Assembly (NCBI RefSeq): GCF_009914755.1
Contig: NC_060945.1
Length of the DNA: 64,000 nucleotides
Direction: 5' to 3' (one strand)
From: the human T2T-CHM13v2.0 reference genome, Homo sapiens
The position numbers and the translations under genes were made by a program. Under the pieces are notes generated by a model. The model had not been told where the DNA came from and did not search any database. It was given only the letters and a program-made list of their open reading frames with translations. The number at the start of each line of letters is the position of its first letter. Position 1 is the stretch's first letter. Below are positions 29,862-47,000 of the stretch, piece after piece.

Positions 29862-30163
29862 TACATATTGCTCAGGCTCCCTCCCTGAGTGTTGGCTGCC
29901 TTCCTCTACATGAGGCCAGTTTCTCTCCAAAAGCTCTCTTCAGACAGATACCTTTTTCAAGTTCCAGTCACTGGCTTCCTACTTTTCCTTACCTGGCTTA
30001 CGGGTAACAACTCACTGCGGTTGCTAGTCCCAGTTTCAACAACAAACTTGTTAGTTTACCTAAACCCTGTCTACACCTTTGTAAGTTACCCTTTTATTAC
30101 ACTTTCTTCAAATTACTCAGTTTGTGCATGTCATCTTTTCCTGCCAGGACCCTGGCTGATATA
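29862..30163 (+). mobile_element. LTR33-like ERVL LTR, 3' part
   Basis: Ends acctttgtaagttacccttttattacac...tcaaattactcagtttg...ttcctgccaggaccctggctgatataca. Confidence 0.7.
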
Positions 30164-30541
30164 CAAACTAAACCTATGTTTTGGATATGTGTCTATAAAG
30201 CACATACTTACAAGTAGTTGTGTATTGTATTAGTATAAATACAAGGATTCCATGATTTTTAAATATGTGGAAATGTGACTGTTTGATGTGGAGATACTTC
30301 ATGGATCTTTGAACACTTGATTATTGCAGAAAGGAGCTGAGCTGATATTGTTCACATTTTCCCTAATTAGCAGAGATATATCTCAAAAAGATTGGGATGA
30401 TAGGCTTACTTTGTGGTTCCATTTCTGCAACTGCTTCCTGGAGTTATGCAATCATAGTAGAGTAAGTGTTTAAAAAGATGATTTACCATATAAATATGTA
30501 ACAATTTTACAAGTTTTAAAGATGGAAGATGAGAAGGGTGC

Positions 30542-30544
<3 letters not shown>

Positions 30545-30575
<31 letters not shown>
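30545..30575. repeat. (TG)n microsatellite
   Basis: Seen directly. Confidence 0.97.
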
Positions 30576-30577
<2 letters not shown>

Positions 30578-31450
30578 GCATGACAGACAAGGTTATAGTT
30601 TAAAAGCCAGTTATTGGTATGAAAACATAAACAATTATAGTAATATGCAGATACATGCTTTGCTTGTGTTTGACATCTTGACCAAAATATTTTTCAGTTC
30701 CTGATGCTATGAGAACAGATTAGATCATCTGAGCACAAAGTGAAAAGGTGTAAGGCTTACTTCTCCCTAACTCATTAGCAAACATGGTAACTTGTTAGAC
30801 AAAAAGAAAAAATACAAAATTCACAAAACACATTAAAAAGAATGTTTTTGAGAAAGCAAAGTACTACCAAGAGCATTATCAAGATGTCAGTAAGTGGAAA
30901 AATATGATGCTCAAAAGAAAAATTGTAAGTTCTATACTACTCTAAGTAAGGCAACAGGTAAAACTTTTTTTTAAAGAAGGGGTGATTCCATAACTGGTTA
31001 AGCAGTAGTACTACATGATACATGGAACAATAAGGGCAATTTGATAGGTGGAAAAAGGCTAATTCTGATCTCTCAAGAAAGAAAGGACTATAGTTATTGA
31101 TGATTTTCTGAAGAATGGTGGAAAATGGGCTAAACATTCTTAATAGATGACCCATATTCTCACTGTAAGTATCTGATATGTCACAAGAAACTTTCGAGAT
31201 CTAACAAACTCATGACAATCTCCACGTCTACTGATTGATGTGGAAGCAAGTACTATGATGAGAATAATGTGAAATATTAAGGAAACTGAAATCTTGTGCA
31301 AACAACTGAAGACTTGGGCCACAAGGAATTGAAAGGAGTTAGCCAGCTTGCTTTAGGCAGACAGCAAGGGAAGGGTCCCTGGAGAACCTCTGACCCGCCC
31401 CACAAATGCTTACACCAGATGTTTTATGCAGATAAGGAAACTTGCACAGA

Positions 31451-31470
31451 GGGCTTGCCTAAACATGCCC
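31451..31470. promoter_or_regulatory. Consensus p53 response element with 0-bp spacer
   Basis: GGGCTTGCCT AAACATGCCC matches RRRCWWGYYY twice with no mismatch; binding is not shown by sequence alone. Confidence 0.8.
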
Positions 31471-31571
31471 ACAGCTGACTAAGGGCTCACATGTGCACTA
31501 GGGGAATGGGGTGGAGCCACAAGAAATTCACACCTTATACAAATAGGGAATCCAGCCCCATTAGCATATAT

Positions 31572-31908
31572 ATTCATGCTGCTGATAAAGACATACCCAA
31601 GACTGGGAAGCAAAATAGGTTTAATGGACTCACAGTTCCACATGGCTGGGGAGGCCTCACAATCATGGCAGAAGGTGAGAAAGACACTTTTTACATGGCA
31701 GCAGCAAGAGAGAATGACAGTGAAGTGAAAATGGAAAGTCCTTATAAAACCATCAGATCTTGTGAGACTTATTCACTACCACGAGAACAGTAAGGAGGGA
31801 ACAGCCCCATGATTCAATTATCTCCCACTGGATTCTTCTCATAACGTGTGGGAATTATGGGAGCTACAATTCAAGATGAGATTTGGAACGTGGAGCCAAA
31901 CCATATCA
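31572..31908 (-). mobile_element. THE1B/C-like MaLR solo LTR nested in the MER61-like LTR
   Basis: ttcatgctgctgataaagacatacccaagactggg...agccaaaccatatca; the terminal ~12 bp on the left are not recognisable. Confidence 0.9.
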
Positions 31909-32414
31909 AGAGGCTTTGTATTCAACTGGGAGGGGGCAACCGACGACCTGCTTTCAGAACCCCTCTCTTTGCTGATAACTTTCCTTTTGCTTAATAAATT
32001 ATACTCCACTCACTCTTCAACTGTCTGCATGCCTAAATCTTCCTGGTCATGAGACAAGAACTTGGACCTAGCTGAGCTAAGGAGTAAAAAATTCTGCATT
32101 AGAATCTTTAAACTTTATTTGATCTCTCATGGAAAAAAAGAAATTCTATCAGGTTTACATAAGGAATGTAATTTGATTTTGTGGTCTATGATTGATGATT
32201 CTAACCTGAGTGTCTTTTGCATGGGGTGGCCCCTCTCATGGATTCTGGGAAGAATGTTTTTCATAGGAAATGTACTTCCCTGATCAAAAGAACTTTTGAA
32301 ATAAAATATGACAGAAAATAAACGTCATTAAAAAATAAACAAAAATACACCCAAACATGAACATAGAGCCTTTTAAAAGCAACAGCTAAGACATAAAAAA
32401 CAACTGTATGATTT

Positions 32415-32465
32415 GGCTATGGTGTTGTATGCTTGTCATCCCAGATACTCAGGAAGCTGAGGTCG
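32415..32465 (+). mobile_element. FAM (fossil Alu monomer), 5' part
   Basis: ggctatggtgttgtatgcttgtcatcccagatactcaggaagctgaggtcg; continues at 43566. Confidence 0.7.
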
Positions 32466-32965
32466 TGTTACTGAAACATAAGTGATTTGGTCTAGGTCCT
32501 GCTGTTTAGTGCACAGAAAGCCAATCACTGAGACAATGAGTATTGCCAGGGAAGAAAGCTTTATTTGGAGGCTATGGCTGAAGAACTGGGAAATCAGCCT
32601 CAAATCCATCTCTTTGATCCACAAATATTAGGGAGTTATGCAGCAGGGAAGAAATGTAACTACATGCACGTAAATATGAAGTAGGGGTAAGAAAGAAGAG
32701 TTGGTCAACAGGAAGCAGGTGGTCAGTAAGGCAGTCATGATGGGTGAGGGGTCTGGTGTCTTATTGTTCAGATTCGGTTATTTGGTAAATTTCAGTTCTT
32801 TGATACTATCAGGGAACTTGAGGCTTAACGGTTGATTTCCTGAGATAAGAACTCAGATAAGACAAATGTAACTTTCTCAAGTTTCAAGATTGGGAGAGTC
32901 AATTTCTATGTTTATTCAAAAGAAACCGTAAACATCAGTTCTATGAGACAACTGAGCCAGTTTCA
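32466..32965 (-). mobile_element. LOR1-like ERV1 3' LTR
   Basis: TG...CA termini; homologous to 43072-43565; adjacent PPT (rc GAAAGGGTTGGGGGGTAC) at ~32966-32983. Confidence 0.88.
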
Positions 32966-33949
32966 GTACCCCCCAACCCTTTCTAATAAATCAATATTTA
33001 TCAATTCCTCAATCATTGTGAATCTGGTTGTCTGTCTTTCTGGTTGCTGCATGCTGAGGGATGGTGTTGTGGGCAGCTCCATACCATGGGTGACCATGTG
33101 GCCACCCAGGAATAAAAGGTTAACCTAATTTTATTTTTTTTTCTTGAAACACAATCATTTTCTCTCCAGTTCCCCACTTTGATCGAAGACAAATCACAGC
33201 AGGACCAATCTACCTGCAGAATAAGCTTCAGTCCCACGATACTTGGCCTGATTCCTCACACAAACTGCAGCAAGAATCATTGTCCATATCGGCTCTCCTA
33301 AATTGGCTTTGTTGGAACCTCTAACAAAACTATTTCAGTCAAAGCTCTGGGAAAATAAGGAGTTTATCCAACTGTGCTCTGTTATAAAAGAAAACAGATT
33401 CTTATTGAATTTATGCAAACAACCACATTGCTCTGAATAAAGAATATTCAGTTTGTGAATTCCAGAGAAATTAAGCAGAGAGAGTGAAATATTTCTCAAA
33501 TTCTGTATACTTTATTCAATTGTTAAAGGATATAAGTAGCTCAAAGATAAAAAAAAGTTCTCTGGATTCCTGAAAAACAAAACAAAAAGAATCACAAATG
33601 TTCAAATAAAAAGCCCATAAATTATTCCAGTCCTCCATCACTTGTTCATGCAATTAATACCTACTTTGCTTCATATTGGGTTAGTAATTTTCATGAGCAC
33701 ATCAGCCTTTTTATTAGAGTCATGGAGGTTTTTCTCTAGTTCAATGGTACCATGTCCAAAGTTATCAGAAACCTACAATTAAGAGTCCTTTTCATGAACT
33801 CCCCCCAAAGAGCAAGCTGTAGATTGTAGCTGATTATAAGCTACTTTTTGGGGAAAAAAAGCAAAAACAATTGTGGATGACAAGTCTAAGGACAGACACA
33901 CTTGTCCAAAAATGGTTATTTTTGTGGCATACCAAAATTTAATATAATC

Positions 33950-34241
33950 GACCAGGTGCAGTGCTCAAACCTGTAATCCTAGCACTTCAGGAGACCAAGG
34001 AAGGCAGATCGCTTGAGCTCGTTCAAAACCAGCCTGGGCAATATGGTGAAACTCAGTCTCTATAAAAAATAGTGATAAATTAGCAGAGAGTGGTGGGCAC
34101 ACACCTGTAGTCCCAGACACTCAGGAAGCGGAGGTGGGAGGATTGCCTGAGCCTGGGAGGTGGAGGTTGCAGTGAGCCAAAATTTTACCACAGCATTCCA
34201 GCCCAGTTGACTGAGTGAGACCCTGTCTCAAAAACAAAAAA
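33950..34241 (+). mobile_element. AluJ
   Basis: J-type text (gatcgcttgagc; gggaggattgcctgagcctggg); poly-A tail. Confidence 0.9.
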
Positions 34242-36930
34242 ATCACAATAATCATGATTATTTCTGACAGCATATATTGACATATCAGAATTTTAAGAAT
34301 CTTATACAATCCTGGAACACATATTTACAACACAGCTATATAAACATAACCCAAATAAAGTTAAACACTATCTCACATTTGAAATTAGTTTGACCATAAA
34401 GTAAGGTTTTTACGAACCTTTTATAAGCTTTTACAGTTTTTTTAAATTAAAGATTAGGTCATTGCTTGAAGAGAACCCTATTATTCTGACACAGGGGCCC
34501 AGACCCAGAGGCTGGCTTTGCATCAGTGTGCTTTTGGTATTAATTTTTAAGTTCTAGAAAAACTCGAAACTAATCTTATTCCTTAACTAATTGTTCCTTA
34601 CCATCTCACATGCCCACCTCTTCTGCAATAATCTCTGGGCCTATAGAAATTGAAGTTTTAATTTCTCAATTTAACACAAGTTCCAACCCATTGTATTAAA
34701 GTGGTTAAGTGACTCCTTGCGTGTATCTAATTACTAGCATTCTATTGACAGAACTGTGATCAAAGGCATCAAAAATGCGATAGTTTCTACATTAAACTTA
34801 TCAATCTGCCAGTGTATTTCTTTACAATGTTTCTTAATTTGCCTTCATAAAAAAATTAACTTTCTATCATTTAAAAAATGGTAAATGCAAATATCAGTTT
34901 TGGAAATTCAGTATGAGGGCAAATAATCTCCTTTCACCTAAATATTATAAAACAAAGCAAGGACAAAGTAAGAAGCAGCACGCAATAATTTCTTTTCAGC
35001 TATTTTAAAAGAGTATTATCATACATTTCCAAGACTGGTTTTTAGATGCAGTACAGATAACTGATTGGTAAGTTTCGCCACTGGAATCTTCAAACCAGTG
35101 CAACACTTGTACATATTTTGTTTTCAACTACACACATGAAGCAGTGATAAATAGCTTGGGATCAAAAATAACTAGAAAATTTCACTCCTTTTATTACTAC
35201 TTAATCCAAGTGAATGTCACTTAATTATAATAATGGTAAACACAACTAAAGTAATTTGAGAGAAATCAAAGTCAATATAATTATCATAAGGAGAAGGCTA
35301 GTCTTTCCTGAACCTTAAAACTTTGTACCCATATCATCATTTTTCCTTATTACCCAAAAGAAAAGATCTGAAACTGACTCAAATTATTGATTTATTAATT
35401 GAATTACCTTGGATATAATCACCATTTAAACATTTCTGTTCTTTTCCAAATAACACAATAAATAATGTACTGTTTCTGCTCAGAACTTATAAATGTAAGT
35501 GTTTTGTTATTTTTGCAGGAAGCTTAGAGCTCTTGTAGCTCTCTAGGTCATCGAAGATAAGCAAAAACAATTTAATTTTAAATGACTGGTGTGCTCTCTC
35601 AATGTTTGCAGGCTTGACAAAGGTAGCTCAGAAACTTTAGGTAAATAGAGCAAATCATGAACTGTAGGAAATGCACAGGAAACAAAATGACTATGCACAG
35701 AACCAAATATAAGCCCTCCATTACAAACTACAAAACAACAATGGTTTGTGTATATGTATATGTAAGTAAAACTCAAAGGATAACAAACAGCAAATAAATG
35801 AAAATTAAATGCAAAAACAAATAAACAGGAAATCAACCCCCAGTTTTTTTCCCACTCAGTTTACCTTGGAGGCTACAGTGTTACCCAGGCCCTTAAAAAA
35901 TGACAGGAATGATAATGCAAATTAATGCATTTAAGTACACCTCACCACTATATACATTTTATGCAATTAAGAAATTCACTTAAAGCATGTGACCAGTAAG
36001 TACTTTAGTGCTACTACTAGCTATGCAGAATAGTAATTACAATGTGAAACAAAGCAATGCAAGCATTTATGTAAAATTTGGCTCCATGTTAAATCTGGCT
36101 TCATGCTTAACTATATTGAGAACGATTGCCAGACTGCCAGTGTATTTCTTTACAATGTTTCTTAATTTTCCTTTATCAAGACTTAGAGTTTTAACTATGA
36201 GCAATGTTAATGAGTCAAATTTTTCCAAATTTCTGTCATGTTTTAAAGAATATTTTACTATCCAAACTTTTTCAACTTTCTGTTCTCTCTGTATGTGCAG
36301 GAAGAGAGACATATAGAGAAACCAGAAAAAAACAACATGACTTACACAGGCCATTGATGATGTGCTTGGTCTTTCTGTTTGTTCTAAATTTTCTTTGAAA
36401 AAAACCAGTCATTTTATTTTAGGACAAAAGTTCACTATATAAGATGCTTTCTCATATAAAATTATCCTTTTCTTTATAACCTTTTTTACCAAAAATATAT
36501 CTTCACATCCATAACTTTCTTTACATCTCATTCCCCAACTTACTGCTTCCTTTCTCCCTTGTTTCATAAATAACCTTTTCAAGTCCATAATTTAAATTAA
36601 ACTTTAGATAACTTGTGAATTATACAAAATTATTCTTTTTCTCATAAAGAACACATCTTCTTTGGCACATTTTATATAGAGAATTACTTATTAACTAATG
36701 TTCCTATTCTTACTAATCTTAAATTTTAGTGAAAACCTACAAAGCAAGAAATCCTGAATTATCAAGTATTTGCATTTTATAGATGAGAATATTCCACAAC
36801 TTTTAGAAGCATATTTCCCCATATCATAACAATTTCTTAATTGAAAATGACTCAGACATCCAATAAGCACCAAAATGATTTTAAGATTTTAAATTATATA
36901 AAAAGTTTACCTGCAATATTCATCCCATTT

Positions 36931-42062
<5,132 letters not shown>

Positions 42063-43048
42063 AACATTTCTATTTTTATCTCACCAATAATTTTAAAGCC
42101 AGCTTGATTATTAAAGATTTACTTAAGTCATGTGAACTTGAAGAATACTTTGGACTTATTTACTTAATTTGTGAGACACATCATATAACATAATAAATAC
42201 ACATACACATAAACACATCTAAACATATATGCACACACAAAGATCCACTGGCTTTTACCTTGGAACTCTAGCTATAAGATAGCAATACAAACTCACCGGT
42301 CTACAAACATGTTCACATGGCTAAACTTTGTTTGCCCAAGTAGGTCATCCAGTGAAGGGCATGAACCAACATTTTGGGTAAAGTATTCTCCATGAAAGTT
42401 TGAGTTTTTAAAGGCAAAACCTCTTCAGATTCCAAAGGACAGCAGGGCCAAACAGCACCACAGAAGAACATCATGTATTGACCAGGCCTACTCCTGTTTA
42501 CATAAAAGACTGGATACATGACATTCCGTCCCACTTTCATTCAACAGCAAAATGAGACCTATGGAGAGGCCAAACTTCTCCAGATTCCAAAAATAATGAG
42601 GCCAAACAGTATTTCAAAAGAATACCAGTTTATCAAATTCTGGTTTTCCATGACTATACTAAAACACATACCTAAACAATCACCAAAACACAATCCCACT
42701 GCTGCAGCAGCAAACAAATCCCAAGAGTGTCCAAGCAGAAACAGGGTGCTTTGCTCTCTTCATTAGTTAGGCTTGTTCAATCTGCAAATGGAAATTCTTT
42801 CAGAATTCCCCAAATTGAGAAGAGAAGATACCATTGTCTGGTGCCCACAAAAGATATTCACCCATCTGGACACAGACGACAAATTTCAAAGGCTGTTTTT
42901 CCTAAGCAATCAGGAACACAGTTGGGGCCAGCAGCGGCAGGACCAGAGAGAGATCAAAACCCACCTCTGGCCACAAAATGGGGCAGGCAGCTGCTTAGGA
43001 GGGCTTTTGAAGCTCCCAGCCCATTTCAGCTGAGCCAGGAGCAACACG

Positions 43049-43066
43049 TTCATGGTCAGGGAGCCA
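43049..43066 (-). other. Primer-binding site, tRNA-Glu-like
   Basis: rc TGGCTCCCTGACCATGAA versus tRNA-Glu complement TGGTTCCCTGACCGGGAA, 5 bp from the 5' LTR. Confidence 0.75.
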
Positions 43067-43071
43067 AAATC

Positions 43072-43565
43072 CGTTACCAAAACACCAGAGGTTTTGTCTA
43101 GGTTATACTGCTCATTGCACAGAAAGCCAATCACTGAGACAATGAGTATTGCCAGGGAAGAAGGCTTTAATGGGGTGCTGCAGCCAAGGAGATGTGAGAT
43201 TAGTCTCAAATCCATCTTCCTGACTGATTAAAAACAGGGGTTTATACAGCAATGAAGAAATGTAATTGTGTATGGAACAGCAGGAATTACGGAGGGATAA
43301 AGAAAAGGAGTTGGTCAACAGGAATCAGGTGGTCAGTTAGGCAGTCATGACAGGTGAGGGGTCTGGTGTTTTACTCAGATGCGGTGATCTGGTAAGTTTT
43401 AGTTTTTTGATACTACCTAGGAGTTCTGATGGTTAATTTCCTGAGAAAGAAACTCAGGTAAAGCAAATGTAAGTTTCTCAAGTTTTAAGACTAGAAAGGT
43501 CAATTTCCATGTTTATTCAAATAAACTGTAAACATCAGTTTTATGGAACAATTGAACCAGATTCA
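43072..43565 (-). mobile_element. LOR1-like ERV1 5' LTR
   Basis: Homologous to 32466-32965; adjacent PBS; TSD GTCG (32462-65) / GTAG (43566-69). Confidence 0.88.
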
Positions 43566-43684
43566 GTAGGAGGATTGCTTGAGTCCAGGAATTCAAGTCT
43601 GCAATACGCTATGATCATGTCTGTAAATAGCCACTGCACTCCAGCCTGGGCAACATAGAGACCTCATCTCTTAAAATAAATAAA
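43566..43684 (+). mobile_element. FAM (fossil Alu monomer), 3' part
   Basis: gaggattgcttgagtccagg...gctatgatcatgtctgtaaatagccactgcactccagcctgggcaacatag plus A-tail; the 7SL-like AATAGCCACTGCAC is typical of FAM. Confidence 0.85.
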
Positions 43685-44929
43685 GTAACACTGCTGCTGA
43701 TTTGAATCAATCCCTTAGTGGAATGATAATGTTGAGCTTCTCAGAGATCAAAGCTAAAGGCTTTTTGTGTTCATTAACCTGTGATGTTTTCACAATCAAT
43801 AACTGGACAAACTTCTCTCCATCTAATGTCACATTAGTGAGTTTGACCTCAAATGGTAAGGATCTAATTAAAGCTGTATCTCCCTTTCTATAAATTGCTT
43901 AGTCTTTTTGAAGGCACAATAGACTATATTCAAAAATAGCTAAAGAACAGAGTTTAAAGGAGTAAATTAAGCTTATTTCTAAAGTGCTGTATTTTTTAGA
44001 TGATCATTATCTGCCCCCATACTTATTCACTAACTTTTCAGACTGTTGGTGTCCTTTACAACTTAAGACACTCCCATATACCTCAGACTTCTCCCCTTAA
44101 AATAATGAGATTTCAAGTTTCAGCAGAAAAATGATATTGTGGGACAGTAATTTTACTACCTGCTGTGACTTTATCTGAAATGTACTGGTATAATTATAGT
44201 AAAGCAGACATTTATTTATATTTGTGTTTTAAGTTATAACATTACAAACGACCTATTTATAATTTTGCAAAACAATAAAAAAATCTACTTAATTAGTTTC
44301 TTTTAGGTTCTAACAGACATATGTTCAGAAAAGAGCAATGGCATCCAGCTGATTTTATTTATAATTAATGTCTTTGGAGAGGTGCCATTTCTTTAAGAAA
44401 ACAGTTTATTAATTTTGTTAGAAACTATTGATTGCTTTTGTGAGCAATTGGCTTATCTTTATTTTATTGTTACTGTGATCCATGTAACTAATGACCAAGT
44501 TACTTAATCCACACTGATATGACCATGTTTCTTACTTTCTTGAGTAGAAATCTCAGATCTTAATGAATGTCTCATCTTTAATCAGTGGAAAAGTCCCATA
44601 CCAAGTATTTTGTCCATTAACCTCAAGCATGGCTTCACTTTTTTCCCCCAAATTTATTTTTTCTTTCACTTTATATATTAAATGTTTATAATCTCTTTGT
44701 GTTGTGTCTATTTTTGTAAGGCAACTGAAATCCTTTTTGAAGCAGACTGGGGTATAAATAAATGATACAGATAAAAAATAGGTAGTTGAATAGATGGATC
44801 ATAAGTAGGTAATTTAGAATCTAGTCTATATTAAACAGCACAACTAAAAAGAACTGTGGTGCAGTTCTTTGAAAGGCCATTCCCATCTCTCTTCTGTACA
44901 TAACAGCAGAACTGATGCTTGATTCCCAT

Positions 44930-45045
44930 TCCCCTCTTAATTGGTCTCGAAATTTTGGAAAAGTCATTACATTTCTCTTGGCTTCAGTGTTCTTATTTGT
45001 CAATGCGGGAGTGATTGAATGATATTTGAAATCCATTCCAACTTT
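44930..45045 (+). mobile_element. MIR/MIR3 fragment
   Basis: Core-like ttggaaaagtcattacatttctcttggcttcagtgttcttatttgtcaatg. Confidence 0.55.
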
Positions 45046-45189
45046 AATAACATTTGGGGATGAAAAATTTCACCAGTCAAAGCTTGTAGAGAGTTTCTAT
45101 GCAGAAGCATGCCATTAATAATCACTACCATGTAAAAATTACTGCTACTTTCTTATTGCAAATTAAGTTTGTTACTTTATTTAAAGTTT

Positions 45190-45346
45190 TATTTTATTTT
45201 TTAATTAATTAATTATTATTATTATTTACAGAAACAGGGTGTCACTAAGTTGGCCAGGCTGGCCTCAAACTCCTGAACTCAAGTGATCTGCCCACCTTGG
45301 CCTCCCAATATGCTGGGACTACAGGAGTGCATGACTACACCTGGCC
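45190..45346 (-). mobile_element. Alu left-arm monomer (FLAM-like)
   Basis: gttggccaggctggcctcaaactcctgaactcaagtgatc...cctggcc with an A/T-rich tail. Confidence 0.85.
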
Positions 45347-45379
45347 TTCTTTTTAAATTTAGTTTAATTTTATCGTATT

Positions 45380-45917
<538 letters not shown>

Positions 45918-46308
45918 CCCCAGGTAGGAGGAGGTTGGTCATAGATCAGTGATGATATCCAACAGAAATGACAGGAAAAACCTTAGAAGTAGCAAATTAT
46001 TCCCAAAGATTGCTTTTTAAGGAAAGTTTGGTTGTTCTTCTATAATAGAAGCAATCCATCTTTAAGATACAAATGCTTATTTTAATGTAAATTTTTATAT
46101 TTAGAGTTTTCTTAATATTTGGTGTTGTCTTCTCCTTTTTATAGAATTTGAAATTTCAAGACCAAGAAATGTACAGATGCCAGCAGGTGCCATTATCTAA
46201 AATATGTTCCCATCTATAAATTCTTACTCCAAAGCTTCCAATGCCACTTTAGGATAGGAAGGTAGTAGATAGGTTTTGTTTTAAGCAGCCAGTGCCCTCA
46301 TGTCTCAG

Positions 46309-46705
46309 TTGTGAGTGGTGGGTACTAACAGCTCACAGACTCACCCTTCTGAGAATTCACCTAGGTTGATAGGAGCCACCTCACTATCTGGGGCACAGTC
46401 TGGAATGATAGGCCCTCTCCCAGGGGGCAGCAGCTGGCAAAGATCAACAGATACCAGGGATGAAAAAGGCCAGCCTCGTTGCCTTAAAAAGGAATAAGTC
46501 ATTCATGCCCCAGAGCTCCTCACGGGCTCAGGGTGGGGCTAGACTTCAAATGAACCATCTTCTCCACTGCCGTGCCTGGGTGCCTGCAAACTACATTTCC
46601 CATATTACCCTGCTAGCTGTATCCCTGTTAAATTCAGCCAATGGGAGGCACTGGGGACAAGTTAGAGGGAAGATAAATGAAGGAACATTTAGTTATTGAC
46701 TCCAA
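46309..46705 (+). mobile_element. Old ERVL LTR fragment(s), LTR16/LTR33-like
   Basis: GC-richer segment with ggccagcctcgttgcc, ccccagagctcc, actacatttccca, cagccaatgggaggcactgg. Confidence 0.45.
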
Positions 46706-46709
46706 CGGT

Positions 46710-46745
46710 TGTTATCAGTGATGAATCCATATGGGTCTGCAGCAA
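46710..46745 (-). mobile_element. 36-bp terminal stub of a MER51-like ERV1 LTR
   Basis: TGTTATCAGTGATGAATCCATATGGGTCTGCAGCAA resembles the CpG-decayed MER51 terminus as I recall it. Confidence 0.55.
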
Positions 46746-46760
46746 ATTCTGCAGCAAACA

Positions 46761-47000
<240 letters not shown>

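Larger units (their letters stand above)
31330..32101 (+). mobile_element. ERV1 solo LTR, MER61-like, interrupted by THE1
   Basis: Starts TGAAAGGAGTTAGCCAGC; 4-bp TSD GAAT at 31326-31329 and 32102-32105; AATAAA near 31993; carries the p53 site typical of MER61. Confidence 0.75.
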
